Source: Rhizodiscina lignyota (taxonomy: Eukaryota). Taken from it: a stretch of DNA of 64,000 nt. Location of the stretch: contig ML978124.1 of NCBI GenBank assembly GCA_010015805.1, positions 496,001-560,000 of the forward strand. The letters run 5' to 3'. The notes under the pieces were generated by a model. It had not been told where the DNA came from. It was given only the letters and a program-made list of their open reading frames with translations, and did no database searches. Positions 12,178 through 24,200 of the stretch are shown here, piece by piece (position 1 is the first letter of the stretch; each line of letters begins with the position of its first letter). Position numbers and translations under genes: made by a program.

Positions 12178-12664
12178 CTACATCCGCAGTCGAACCCTGT
12201 ACTCCGGCTTCCTCACCAAACCCTCCATTCCCTCATAAGCGTTCGCCGCTGGCTCCGCCTCCCTTACAACGCCTGCCAACTCAAGTCCTCTCCGCATGCT
12301 CTGCAGCGTCTTGTGCATCACAGACTCGATAGCGGCCTTGAGCTTGGCGTCCGTCTTCTTCTTCTTTGGCTCCGGCTCCGGCTCTGGCTGTGGCTCCGGG
12401 AGGGCATCACGCTTTTCGTGTTCGGCAGCATTGATGAAGTCCAAGTCGGTGTCGCCTAGCGAAGGTGTGGGATGGCGGACGCCTAGCTCGACGAGGATGT
12501 CATGCTGGTTGGTTGGGTTAGTTGTGCAGAGTTAATGTGCTGGGCAATGGGCGTACTTCAGAGCGGCCTTGGAAGCGGAGCTCCTCGGCTCTGTTCAGGT
12601 CGATTGGGTTTGCGAGCACTGTGACCGCGGAGAGAACGGCGGCGAATAGGAGGACTGATCTCAT
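12178..12664 (-). CDS. Small secreted prepro-peptide (144 aa), 2 exons (12664-12557, 12504-12178)
   Basis: Signal peptide MRSVLLFAAVLSAVTVLA-NP; phase-0 intron GTACGC...CTAAC...CAG; KR followed by DALPEPQPEPEPEP. Confidence 0.8.
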
Positions 12665-13518
12665 GATGATTCCAGGTGATGAGAGTGGGCGGTGAGAGAT
12701 CGATTTGCTTTTCAGAGGGTTGCTCAAATGAGATTGGCGGCAGAACGAGTGGATGAAAGAAAGAGTGACAGTTGGCAAAAATGATTCGTTGGTTACTCGA
12801 GCCCAGAGAAGATGCAATGGAAGATGTTGTAACTGGTACCTGCAGACAACCAGGCCTTATAGGTCTCTGTGCTGCTTCTCCTCGCTGCACCTCGGATTCA
12901 TTTCAGTCCAGCCACTTCGCGCATCACGTTTCTGCCCTTGCAGAGGCGCGTACAAATGACCATAGCTTCATACCTTATGTGACATGGTGTGCGGTCTCAG
13001 TCGTGGTCTTAGTTTCTTGCAGCGCGTTAATGTCGAGAGGTGGAGCAAGGGATGCAGTACCACGTCTTACCGCATCGAGGCATGTAAGTGCTTGCAGCAA
13101 GGCGCGTCATATGCGCGCACTCGCATCCTTGGTGCATCGACACCGTTGAGCCGCGAAGGCAGGTAATGTCAGGTACCGTGTAACCTGACAATCAAATGCA
13201 ACTGAGGATGAAGCGGGTAGAACATGTCATCTATTCTAGCAAAAAAGGTCTGCGCAAGACGTGGAAGAAGAGAAACAGACTCATCGCAGAGCCCGATGCC
13301 GAATTCGTTAATTAAATATCTGCTAACAGTCCGCTGAAACAGCGGGCGGGCGACGCTGCTAACGCCCGCAGCAAAGGAATGCAATTGCAGCGAATAACTA
13401 CTTTTAGCCATTTGCATAGACGCTTTATCCGTCGTCTTGGTATCTCAGTTGGTATCTCAAAAGGCCATTAAAACCCCTGCCAGACGCCATGTATCCAAAA
13501 GATTGTGTGCGATCACGG

Positions 13519-15192
13519 TCAAGGGCCGTGATCCAGACTGCCTTCGTGGCTCCTCCTGCCCAGGCTCTGGCCAAGGGGCGCGCCGAAATTCATACTCGGT
13601 TTCAGTCGCAAAGGGATGGGCTCGTCTTCCCCTTCCTTATCGCTATCCTCGTCCTCCCCTACTTTCTCTTTCTGAGGAGCGTGGTTCCCATTGCCGTTTG
13701 TCCTCTCCGCCCCGCCGATATCCTCCTCTCTGCCATCACTCTTGCCGTCTGTGCTCTCACTGATCACAGACAGCTCGTCCTCTCCACGCTGGAAGATATA
13801 TGGCTGATGTTCAGCGGGGTCTTTTGAGATATTCTCAAGCTTCTTGTCTAGTATCTCCAGGAATAGAGTTGAGTCTTCCGGGTTGTTTCGCAGTCCGAGT
13901 GCACCTTTGAGAGGAGGATCCTCATCGATGTCAGTAACTTCGTTATTTCGCAACGCCTCCTCCTTGTATGACTCTGCCGCAGGCACTGTAGCATTAGCAA
14001 TGCCAGCTAGCGATGCGAAGTTTGACTGCGTGGGAGTTTCAGTACCAGGAGATGGTTCTTCCTCCCCGCCGGGGCTCATAAGCGATATACTAGCACCCGG
14101 AGTGTGCCCCGCGTGTCGGCGATAGGACGGTGGCGGAGGAGACATTGGTGGGACGGTCGAAGGCGGCGGTTCGTAGGGTATTTCCTGCACGTTGATTGCG
14201 TTGGGAGTGATGTGGCGGGACCCATAAAAGGTATAGTGGTCTGCACTACCATTTCTACCATTCTTTGAAGGAGACAGGCTGCGCTCAGCGGAGTGAATCT
14301 GTCGTCCTGAGGGAGAGAACGAACGTCCTGAAGGAGAGAACGAGCGGCCCGAAGGCGAAAATGAACGAGTTGGTGGTGGGAGTTGGCGGCCGGATGGCGA
14401 AAGAGAGCGGCCGGATGGCGAAAGCGAGCGGCCGGATGGCGAAAAGGAACGGCCTTGCGGGGATCGAAATCTTGCCTCCTCTTCATTGTAAGGGCTGAGG
14501 CTATCGTTGGAATAGCCGTCCTTCATGTCGCAGATCCTCAATCGGTTCTTCAGCTGCTCGTTCCTCATCGCCAAGCCCTCGGTCTCTTGTTCTTTGTGCC
14601 TGATCCTCTGCAACAACATGTCCCTCTCGGCGTTCCATATTTCCCTCTCTTTCCGGAACTGCTCCTCCATCCTCTCTCGCATAGTTTCTTCAAGCCTCCG
14701 AGTGGCTTTCGCCTCCTCTCGCAACTCGGCCTGGAGTCTCTCTGCCAATTGCTCGGCGTTTGTTCGTGCCTTCATAACCTCTTCCATCATCTCCTTATGC
14801 GACTTCTCGGCCTGTTCAAGCTGCGACTGTTTGAGCGTATACAGCTCGAAGTAGCTCTTGTCCGCATCCGAAGAACTTCCTCCCGACCCGTTTCTGCCTG
14901 GATATGGGCCCCATGCTTGTAACGACACCGACGGAATCGAGTTTAGAGACGATGGCTGGGATGCTAGTTGACCTGGACTTGCCTGGGTAGGCAGCTCGCT
15001 TGCAGAAGGTACAGACTCTCGCATTGGTATTTGCGTCGGGGAGATTGTTGCGCCATTAATGAGAGGTGCGAAAGAGTCGTGCTTAGGACTGGCGAGGTCT
15101 GACGGCGGTGTGAAGACGTGGTGACTGCGAATAGGCACTCCGTCCACGACTTCGGCTTTGTACGGCTCGTACATGCTGAGATCCGCATACAT
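13519..15192 (-). CDS. Hypothetical coiled-coil, low-complexity protein with GRSxSPS repeats
   Basis: 557-codon ORF with an E/K/R/Q-rich heptad region; C-terminus PLRLKPSMNFGAPLG. Confidence 0.8.
   Translation of the reverse strand: MYADLSMYEPYKAEVVDGVPIRSHHVFTPPSDLASPKHDSFAPLINGATISPTQIPMRESVPSASELPTQASPGQLASQPSSLNSIPSVSLQAWGPYPGRNGSGGSSSDADKSYFELYTLKQSQLEQAEKSHKEMMEEVMKARTNAEQLAERLQAELREEAKATRRLEETMRERMEEQFRKEREIWNAERDMLLQRIRHKEQETEGLAMRNEQLKNRLRICDMKDGYSNDSLSPYNEEEARFRSPQGRSFSPSGRSLSPSGRSLSPSGRQLPPPTRSFSPSGRSFSPSGRSFSPSGRQIHSAERSLSPSKNGRNGSADHYTFYGSRHITPNAINVQEIPYEPPPSTVPPMSPPPPSYRRHAGHTPGASISLMSPGGEEEPSPGTETPTQSNFASLAGIANATVPAAESYKEEALRNNEVTDIDEDPPLKGALGLRNNPEDSTLFLEILDKKLENISKDPAEHQPYIFQRGEDELSVISESTDGKSDGREEDIGGAERTNGNGNHAPQKEKVGEDEDSDKEGEDEPIPLRLKPSMNFGAPLGQSLGRRSHEGSLDHGP
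14268..14460 (-). repeat. Coding 21-bp tandem repeat, about 7 copies of (G)RS(F/L)SPS
   Basis: Repeated CCGGATGGCGAAAG.GAGCGG units on the + strand. Confidence 0.85.
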
Positions 15193-16604
15193 CGACCCTC
15201 AGGTCCTTCTCTTTCTTCAATTCCGCGAGTGCGCGATCAAAGAGGGCATCTGGTGCGGCAACTCGGCAGCATGAGCTGGCCCCGTCGGCCGAGAATGCCA
15301 GCTCGATGTAAGCGGAGCAGGCCGGGCAGTGTGTTGCAGTGTCGGAGGAATATATTTCAGTGTTCAGTTATGAGAGAGGTCAGAAAGGGAATAAAGCGCG
15401 GCGTGAGCAAAGAGCAATTAAAGGTTTGTGTCGCGCGACCGATTTGGTCGCCGGCGCAAAGTGAAGTGCACGCTTTGGCGGGTGAATGTGGGGACGGCGG
15501 CCTCCTTAGCCAGGTGAGAAGGGGATAGGACCCCCACACAATAATGGGAAATGCGCTGGAGTCGATGCGGAAGCGATGGAGGGCGTAGACAGATAACGTA
15601 GACAATTCGCATCCAGGCACACGTCGCAAGAGAGGTTTTTGGGGGTGACTTGAAGTGGATGTGACGTTTTAGCTGATCCCTGCTCCCTACGTGTCAGCTC
15701 CGATGGAGCCATTTCTTCCACGCTGCCGCAGCCACTCACGCTTCACCGCACCTGTCCCCTGCAAGAGATCTATCGCGGCTGCGGGCCGCCCCTTTTCTTC
15801 TTGCTGGAGGGCGTGGCGTGAGGTGTCGAAGAATTGGGCATTGCTTTCTAGCCACGATACCCCTGAAGCGGTTGTGCGAGCTCAGACGGCGTGCTTCTTT
15901 CAAACCTGCCACATGCTCGGCGCCGAATCTGGTAGGAGCGACGTTCTTTTTTGGGAAAGGGGGAAGACGTTTTGAACACACGAACTGTCCCAATTGGAAG
16001 CCACGGAACAGAGGAGGATTTGGTCTTTGCTCGCTGAGTAGGTCGTAGGCTGCTCACATCATGATTTGTTATCCAGAACAAAAGTGACTCCTGTTCACAG
16101 GCATCTTGGGTACTTTCTTTGCCCTGACGAAGCCTGAGCTCTTGATGTCACCTTGCACGTTTCTTTTTATTCACAGAATCTCAATAGGTCGTCGACTATG
16201 ACATTTGCCGGTGCGTTCCGCATAGGGGAACGTTGGTGTCAGTTATTTACAAGTTTAGCTCTGTACCATTGGCTGCTCTCAATATTTATTCTTGTTCGCA
16301 TTCCCAGTCTTGCGAGCAATAGAAGCAAACTGAAGCCGTACGATTCTGCAGCAATGCGTTCACTAACAGTGGGAGTCACATCGTGGAGCTTGCGACTTGG
16401 TGAGACTGCATCCCAGACAAAAGTAACCATAAAGCAATCATTAGAGCTTGTGGATTGTACTCCGCCGTGGTGCCAGAATGGCATCACGACAGCCAATGCC
16501 GCTCGTTGGAAAACAGAACTATTCAACTCATTCAATAAAGCAGAAGTCATCCAAATAACCCCATCCAAGAGGATTCTCATCATTCATCCAACATTTCAAA
16601 ACTT

Positions 16605-18809
16605 CTAGTGAGTACACCTCTCACTAGGGTCTCTCCAAACCAAGCCCATCCCCTCAAAAACTTTCTTCTCGGCATCCACCATGCCCAGTCCTCCATGTAC
16701 GCCTTCTGGTCCTTCCAAATCTACAGCCAAGCCAGTCCGCCGGTCCCGAACTCCGCTGCTGTCGAATTTCCACCCCTTGACGTTCTTCGCGTAACGACGT
16801 ACGTCCCGCTGGAACGTGGTACCACCACTCCAGCCCATCACAGCGCAGCCCACAGTGCGCCAAGGCGAGATGATAATATCCACACGCCGATGGATGTTTG
16901 AATTTTTGGCCTGCTGTTTCTTCTTCTTCGATTGCTCCTGCTCGCCTGTCGAGGAGCTGGACCGCGAAGAGGCTTTCGATAGTTTGGGCTTTCCTGGCCA
17001 GTTCGGATCCTGCCATACCACGAGCGCCTTGTCGAGCGTATCGAAGCCATGGCCTGCAGGGCCTGCACCTTTGAACGGCAATGTGGCCTGACCTCTGTGT
17101 GTGCCCGTCAAGCTTAGAAGTAAGGTGTGCGTGATCCAGTCCTCCGTCTCCAGGCTGGCCACAATGTCCGTGACGAGGTTCGCCGTCTTCCCCAGCTCAC
17201 GGTGACTGACGACGATGTCAACGTCTCCCGACTCCTGCTTGCCACGCCGGTAGCCACCGACAACGAGGACCTCGATACCCGTATCACGTACACGTATGGC
17301 GTGGTCCTTGATCACAGCTGCGATGGACTCGACTTCGGCGCGCGGGATGCCCTTTTGGAACTCTTCGTAATACTTGACACCGATCTGCTGCACACGAGTA
17401 AGGCCTTTCCAGCCGAATTCGACAATGTCATCGAGATCCCTCCACCCTTTATCGAAGTAGAACTCCCTCGCCGTAGTTGCACCAACCCCCCAAATGTCGT
17501 AAAAACGTTTCAGCACTTGCATAGTCTCATCTTCTTCTGCTTCCTCAGCAGCTCCGATTTTTCCGTCATTGTTCCTCCACTCAATCCACAAGTTGGCAAT
17601 CTTGACATCGCAGCCCGGTAGCTGCAATATCTCCTTGGGATTCCCGACTTTGTATGGATATGCTGCCAGCGCTGCGATGCTCGTGCTATACGCCCGCACT
17701 CCGATCTCGTCCCCGGTCAGGAGTCGTGCCAGCTTGATCTTCTTGAGCTCCGCAATGAAATCTGCGTTAGCCTGGTCGGTTGGCGTACTGCGCTGGCATG
17801 CGTACTTTATGTCGCGCTTGACCCACTCTGGCGGCTCGGGAAACTCGTCCCCACTACCTTCATAGTCCGACGTGGTTTGCTGGAGGAGTTTCGCCTTGCT
17901 CTGAGTGTGATGAGCGTGCTGGTGCGCACCGAGACGTCGAGGGCCATGCGTAAGTGCAGGGACGTATTGAGAGTGGCGACCGCGGGGAGCTGAAGCGCTC
18001 GCATCATCTTTAGCGCGTTCAATGATGGTTGAGGCTGATTTAGGACGCTCAGCAGCAACAAACTGCGACTGAGGTGATGGTGGTAGAGCGAATGGCTTGG
18101 AGGGTGATGTGGATGGTTCTGAACTGGGAGCTCCAAATGGGCGCTCTATTGTCCGTCCAGAATAAATGAGATAGTACCTTAGAGGTACCAATTTTTCGTG
18201 CTCGAAGACGGTCTCTAACCAAGACACCTTTACGACATGGACAGTCTCCATTCCGGGCTCACCAATTGATGGGAGAATATTGGCTTCATGCAAATGGATA
18301 GGCTCCGCGGAGGTATCTGGAGGCTGTACCTCTCGGGCTAGAGACTTGGAAGTCGATTGCTCGTCTTCAGACTCGGTGCTTTCATTTCCCGAGTCTGCAG
18401 TGTGTTCCGTGTTTCGATTCACTTTGGTCTTAACGAACCCAGATTCATGTCTCAGCCGTTTGTTCGAGGCCTGTTGATCTTCGTCGCCATCTTCCCTTCC
18501 GCGTTTTCGCCCTGTTGAAGAATCGAGCACTTCCTCCGTCCACCTCTTTCTCATTCGCAGCTCAAGCGCAGCGCGCCTCTTGGTGCTGATGTTGCCTACA
18601 ACAATTTGCGCCTCAGAAATGTTGTATGTTAGGAGCGCCCCAGCTTCCATAAGTTTTTCTTCCAGCTCATGTCGCGTTTCAATGTCGATATGTGTTGGTA
18701 GTAGAAAGATTGGAGGCAAGACACTGAGATCAAGCTTGACACCAGACTCTCTCGCGGCATCCGGCTCCAGAGCCATAGTTTGAGACGGAATAGTACCTGA
18801 GGAAGTCAT
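16605..18809 (-). CDS. Family X DNA polymerase with BRCT domain, Pol mu/TdT-like
   Basis: HhH motifs LPGCD and IWGVGATTA; GGYRRGKQESGDVDIVV; RVDIII; GWSGG. Confidence 0.92.
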   Translation of the reverse strand: MTSSGTIPSQTMALEPDAARESGVKLDLSVLPPIFLLPTHIDIETRHELEEKLMEAGALLTYNISEAQIVVGNISTKRRAALELRMRKRWTEEVLDSSTGRKRGREDGDEDQQASNKRLRHESGFVKTKVNRNTEHTADSGNESTESEDEQSTSKSLAREVQPPDTSAEPIHLHEANILPSIGEPGMETVHVVKVSWLETVFEHEKLVPLRYYLIYSGRTIERPFGAPSSEPSTSPSKPFALPPSPQSQFVAAERPKSASTIIERAKDDASASAPRGRHSQYVPALTHGPRRLGAHQHAHHTQSKAKLLQQTTSDYEGSGDEFPEPPEWVKRDIKYACQRSTPTDQANADFIAELKKIKLARLLTGDEIGVRAYSTSIAALAAYPYKVGNPKEILQLPGCDVKIANLWIEWRNNDGKIGAAEEAEEDETMQVLKRFYDIWGVGATTAREFYFDKGWRDLDDIVEFGWKGLTRVQQIGVKYYEEFQKGIPRAEVESIAAVIKDHAIRVRDTGIEVLVVGGYRRGKQESGDVDIVVSHRELGKTANLVTDIVASLETEDWITHTLLLSLTGTHRGQATLPFKGAGPAGHGFDTLDKALVVWQDPNWPGKPKLSKASSRSSSSTGEQEQSKKKKQQAKNSNIHRRVDIIISPWRTVGCAVMGWSGGTTFQRDVRRYAKNVKGWKFDSSGVRDRRTGLAVDLEGPEGVHGGLGMVDAEKKVFEGMGLVWRDPSERCTH

Positions 18810-19468
18810 ATTGAGCAGATTATGTGAATCCTGGGAATGGGACCGAGAGAGCACTGCTTTGCTTGATACGAGCGGGTTGCATTACGAGCAAGTGCGACTC
18901 GACTCGACTCATAATAATTATATGCAACCCGCTACAACAGTAGCAAAGCCAAAACAAAATCTGAATAAGATATGCGAATGGCAAGAGGAGGATTAGCAGT
19001 GGCGAAAGCGATGCTTCTGAATTACCTCTGGCGAAATCTAGTTGAGGTGATGCAAGGCGCTTAACTAAATGCGTCATATTGTACTCTACTAGGTAGGGGC
19101 GCAACGGCAAATGCTGACTAAAACCGATCGTTTCTTCCAATTAGGTAGTAAAACTCGAACTTGTCGTGTTAGCTATCGCATTGCCGTGGGAGACATTCAA
19201 CCAGATTTATTTCCTTTAACGAAACTCCGATCCCTTAACCCAACTTCAAAATGAGGTTAAATTAGGCCCCCAACTTAGTGCCATGGCCCATAAGGTTATG
19301 CATCTGACACTCACCAATGCCTTAACGGGGTTAGAGTATGGCAAGCCACGGCATATTTCTGCCTCGGTTTCTTTTGCGCATACTCGCCATCGTGCGTACC
19401 TTTCTGATTACTCTCTTTAAAAGGTCTACCTCTGCGTCTTGGAGCATCGTGAAAAACAGTATTCAAAG

Positions 19469-20861
19469 ATGGCGATCGATCGTATTGATATGTTCAGTGA
19501 CCCTCGTGTCGAGCACAAAACCGCAAATCTCAATGGTCACACCTATCACTATGTTCTTGGCGAGCCTAAGGAGGCAGTAAAGGGGACCATTTTTCTCGTC
19601 AGTACTCCGTATCAAATGCATATTTTGGGAAGAAGCGGGAGCTGATATATTTCAAGATTCACGGTTGGCCAGATTGCGCTGCGGGATGGCGATACCAAAT
19701 TCCCGCACTGATTGAGTTGGGCTTCCGCGTCGTCGTCCCAGATCTTATGGGCTTTGCTGGTACTGTATGGTGCCCGTCCGACTATTGCTTTCTACTTTGT
19801 GGATTGGTCAAGGAACGCTCCTCGTTATTGACTTGGACGTCTGCAGGATGCCCCGAAAGTCCCGCCAAACTCCATAAGCCTGTACAGCCACAAAAGAGCT
19901 GCGGATGACTTTGAAGAGCTCGCGAGGCAACTTGGCGTATCAAATATCATCCTCGGTGGCCATGACTGGTACGATTGACAGGCCATCGGCTCATTTAGGC
20001 ATCGTGTGCGCTAACTGCTGTGAAAGGGGTGGCTCAGTTGTTTGGAGAATGGCACTCTGGAAGCCTGATCTGGTCACTCACGTCTTCTCTGTGTGCACAC
20101 CGTACACTCCACCACAGAAGGATTATGTCTCACTCGAGGATCTGGTCAAGGGACCGCTTCCGCAGTTCGCATACCAGCTGCATCTCGCTAGCCCTGAAGT
20201 TGAAGGCCGTATTCAGAGCAAAGAGGACATCAGGCAGTTCCTGAAGGGCATGTTCGGAGGGCGGGGACCGAATGGAGAATTGGTCTTCGAGGCTGAGAAG
20301 GGCATCTTGTTTGACTCACTCCCGAAGCTTGGGGATACTCCCTTGATGACTCCCAAGGTGGGTGATGCTATCGGCTGCGATACGTAGCAATGCTGCTGAT
20401 CAAATCTAACTGACTCGTGATACAGGAGCTGGATTACTACGTAGAGCAGTATTCCAGGAATGGATTGCACGGCACAAGTAAGGTAGATGCCTATTGAGAG
20501 GGAGAGTCATGCTAACGTTGATGTAGTGAACTGGTACCGAACTCGAAAGGTTAATTGGGAAGAGGAGTTGCAGTAAGGCTCCAAGTTAAAAGTTTCGTTT
20601 AACTACAAGAGTGAATAATGCTCATTGCAAAACAGGCTCAACAAAACCACAATCGACCAACCCAGCCTCTTCATTCAGGCAACCCGCGACCTCGTGCTAA
20701 AGCCGGAGATGGCTCGGGGAATGCAGAAGTATATGACACACTTCTCCTACGGTGAAGTCGAGGCAACGCATTGGGCGCTCGTACAGAAGCCGCAAGAGGT
20801 AAATGCAATCATCACGCAGTGGCTGAATGAGGTCGTGCTCGGCGGTAGAAGTAAGCTGTGA
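19469..20861 (+). CDS. Alpha/beta-fold epoxide hydrolase, multi-exon, peroxisomal (C-terminal SKL)
   Basis: HGWPD oxyanion motif, PDLMGFAGT, GHDW|GG nucleophile elbow, NWYR, THWAL; ends GRSKL*. Confidence 0.9.
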
Positions 20862-21202
20862 TCGCTATAGGCTAATGTGAACCGACGCCTTCGAATCACA
20901 AAAGCTGCTCATATTTACTTTCGAAAGGGGCCATCTCCATGCATGCAGTAATTGAAGACATCAACCTATGTACAACGGGTGCAACTTTTGGAGTCAATCT
21001 GCGTCACATCACTACGTGCGCTTTGACTGGAAAACACCCATCAAACTCTCTAAGATCTACTGTGACCCATTCCAACCTCTATTTCGCAGGCAATGCTTGC
21101 CAGCGTCGGTTGGACCTTGAAGCTTTTATGCCCGCCAAAACAAAATCGTATTCGAAGCACCTCATTCTCACCATCAGCAAAGAAAGAGAAATCCGCACCA
21201 AA

Positions 21203-24200
21203 TTAGTCCATCTTGAGTTCTTCATGCTCGCCGACTCGAACTTCCGCAGGAGGCGGGTCGTCCTCGCTCATGGGCTCAGTATCGCCCGGCACATACTGCA
21301 CCATTCTTGGATCGACTGCCTCAATGTGCGTCACACCGACCGAAGGACTGACCTCACGGCTGACGTTCAGAGGTAGAGCGCTGTCATCAAACTCTTCCAT
21401 GCGGTTATCGTCAAGGTCTGGCAGCGCACTAGTGCTGCTGCCTTCCGCGACATTGCTGTCATTATCGTCAGCCTCTCCATCCGCGTCTGCGTCATTGTCC
21501 GCCCGACGTAGGTCCCCCCAAGTCCAGTTTTGCTCTTGGGTGGCGGCCATGCTAAAAGCAGACTGCTCTGCGGTCACAGGTCCAAACAGCGCTGATGACC
21601 GACCAATTGTACCACCTAGCGTTTCATCGCCGGCATGATCCATCTCTTGAGATCCATAGGCCGGGAGCTCCTCATCCATCATCGCGTCCCCTGCCTCGGT
21701 CCTCGCTTGCTTCCCTGCTCCCCCCGAACCAGCTGGCCCGCCCACTGGTCGGCGAGCCGCTCCGGCTGCGGCTGAGGCGCTCGACGACCCATTGTGGAAC
21801 GAGACGCCGAGCGGTCGGCCTTTTCCCTGGCCGGATGGGGAAGCATTACGTGAGGAAGATTGCGATTTGTGCACCGTGCCGTCTTGGGTATCAGGATTAA
21901 CTTCATCTGGATTTTCGGCGGCGCGGGCGTCGGCAATGAGCTCTTGGAGGTAAGATGGCCCGAGAGGAGTATCAGATCGACGACGATAGAAAAGAAGGTA
22001 GGCGGCGGAGGTGATGACAACATCAGGATCGTTCCTCTTGGAAACTTGGGAGTCTGCACTGTAGTTAGTAGTGTTCAATAAGGGCGGGGCAAATTCATAA
22101 CCTACCATTGTATTCATACCACTGGCCATCAAAGAAGTTCTTGGCAAAGGCAGTATAGTGTCCACCTCCCAAGCCGCCATAGTGGTTGTCCACGGCAATC
22201 AAGTCGTAAACCAGATCCTTGTCGCCATCCTTCAGCCCAACGCGCTTATTCAAGTCGAGCCCCTCCACGGGGAAGTCAACAAGCACGTCAATCTTATCTC
22301 GGAAGCCTCTATTGGCGCCAAAGCGTTTCAGGTGGATGACAAGAATATCCGGGAGCGTCCAGACCTCCAGCGTCTTTTCAGCGCGACGAAGCTCTTTGCA
22401 GCGGCTGCAGTACCAAGCATTCTCCTCTGAGAGGACCTCGCTCTTGGAGGTCTCTGTAAAGCAGTCCTCCAATGTCACACCTGATTTCTTTCGCGCAGCA
22501 CGACGCTCCTTTTTCTCTTGCAATTCTTCATCCTCAAAAGTCTCGGCAAACTTCCGCGCTTCAGCACCACGCATCTCCCCAGCCTTATCAGCGCCAAAGA
22601 GTGCCTCTACTGCATCGGTAGTCCAGTCTAGGACCAGAACTTCCCCCAAGCGAACCAAAGCAGGATCTTCATCTTCATCGGCTCCATCGTACGCCGAGTA
22701 ATGTGAAGGCTGAACTGAAGTCTGCTTGCCCTTGCGAGAGTACGTCGCCTGGTTTTTCCTACCCTTCCCGTGTTTCTTCTTCTTTGAGGGCTGGTTATAC
22801 AGAGTGCTGATCTGAGGGAGTTCTTCGTCACTTGTTGGATCATTCGTCTGGAAGCTATTCACTTGTTCAGGAGGATCGTCAATGTCAGATTCAGAAGAGC
22901 GGCTCCGACTCATGCTAACAGTAGACGCAAGTGAGGACCTGCGCCCATCTGTCAGCGATTGATGGACCCTCGACTGGATATCGATATTTTTCGCGCTGCT
23001 GCTATCGAAACTGGAGAAACCTGTTGGAATGATCTCTGGCCCAACACTGTGGTATCGAATGGTGAACAGATTCTGAAGTTGGCCGGGAATGAATGATCCT
23101 GGCTGGAGGATGGAAGGACGCTGACTCGTTGCGAAAACATTAGGATGCAGGTTGTGGCTGTTTGAAGTATGGCTGTCGGTCATGGAGACGTCGATAATAG
23201 AATTCTCGCCCTCCACTGATTGTGCCTGGACAGCTTGATCGGTGGACGAAGCATCGTCTTCGGGTGTCAAGACGGTATCGGACTCGTTTGCTGACTCATT
23301 TGCATTTGTGAATGGTTGATATTGATGATCGTCATCCTCGAAAATGTCTTTCGTTGTCAGGCCATCAACTTTCGCTAATATCTTCTTCAATATCGTGTCA
23401 TAATCCATGGCCTCCTTAGGAGTGAGACTAATGAAGAAGGGGTAGAGGATCAGACTCTTGGACGCGTAGGTATTCGAGCCGGACTTTTGATTGAAGACAG
23501 GGACAAGCATGTGCTCTGCGAGCTCCGAGTCTGAGCCGTCCATTTCATCGTCCGAATCTTTATGGTTGAATACCAACATTGATCTGATTTTCTGGGGGTT
23601 CTTCTTTTTGGGAGGAAAGTTTGTAGGAACGTGCTCCAGCTCATAGACAACGATGTCATCCCGTGGTTGTACGTTCGATTCCGAAATTGTGGCGTTGTCC
23701 TCAAAGATCTTGTAGAACTTATTGTTGAAGATTTCCGCGACAAGAAGGCGGTTGCGATCAAGACCTGGAACTCGCTGCATGATGTACTCCTTGAGTGAGC
23801 GGAAAGTACCATTCTTGTCCATGTCGATTTCAATTCTCAATGGTTTCCCATACAGAGGAATGAAGTCGATAGTGTGCTGCCAAGTTTGTTGGAATGGCAG
23901 CTGGAGAGTAAGCAGGGAGAACGGGTCGAACGTAATGCTAACTTTCTCGCATTCTGGGCAAACCATGGTATTCTTGTAGAAACCGTTGAACAGGTCCATT
24001 GCAATGGAGTCATTACGAGCGCGATGATTGTCTTGGTACTTTTGACCAAGTGCTTTAATCGCGTCAGGGTCATGAACGGTCTTGTCGTCCGATTCCGGAT
24101 TCTCGATGTAGGGTTTCTTGACAATGCGATTGAGGTCCTCATGGAGCCCATCGACGAGGAAGCTCATAAGCTCCTGAGAATCTTGCTGACCGTAGCCGGA

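Noticed and set aside
12178..12664. Alpha-type mating pheromone precursor
   Set aside because: Processing signals fit, but there is no repeated mature peptide and no Trp/Cys pheromone core; kept as an unknown peptide precursor
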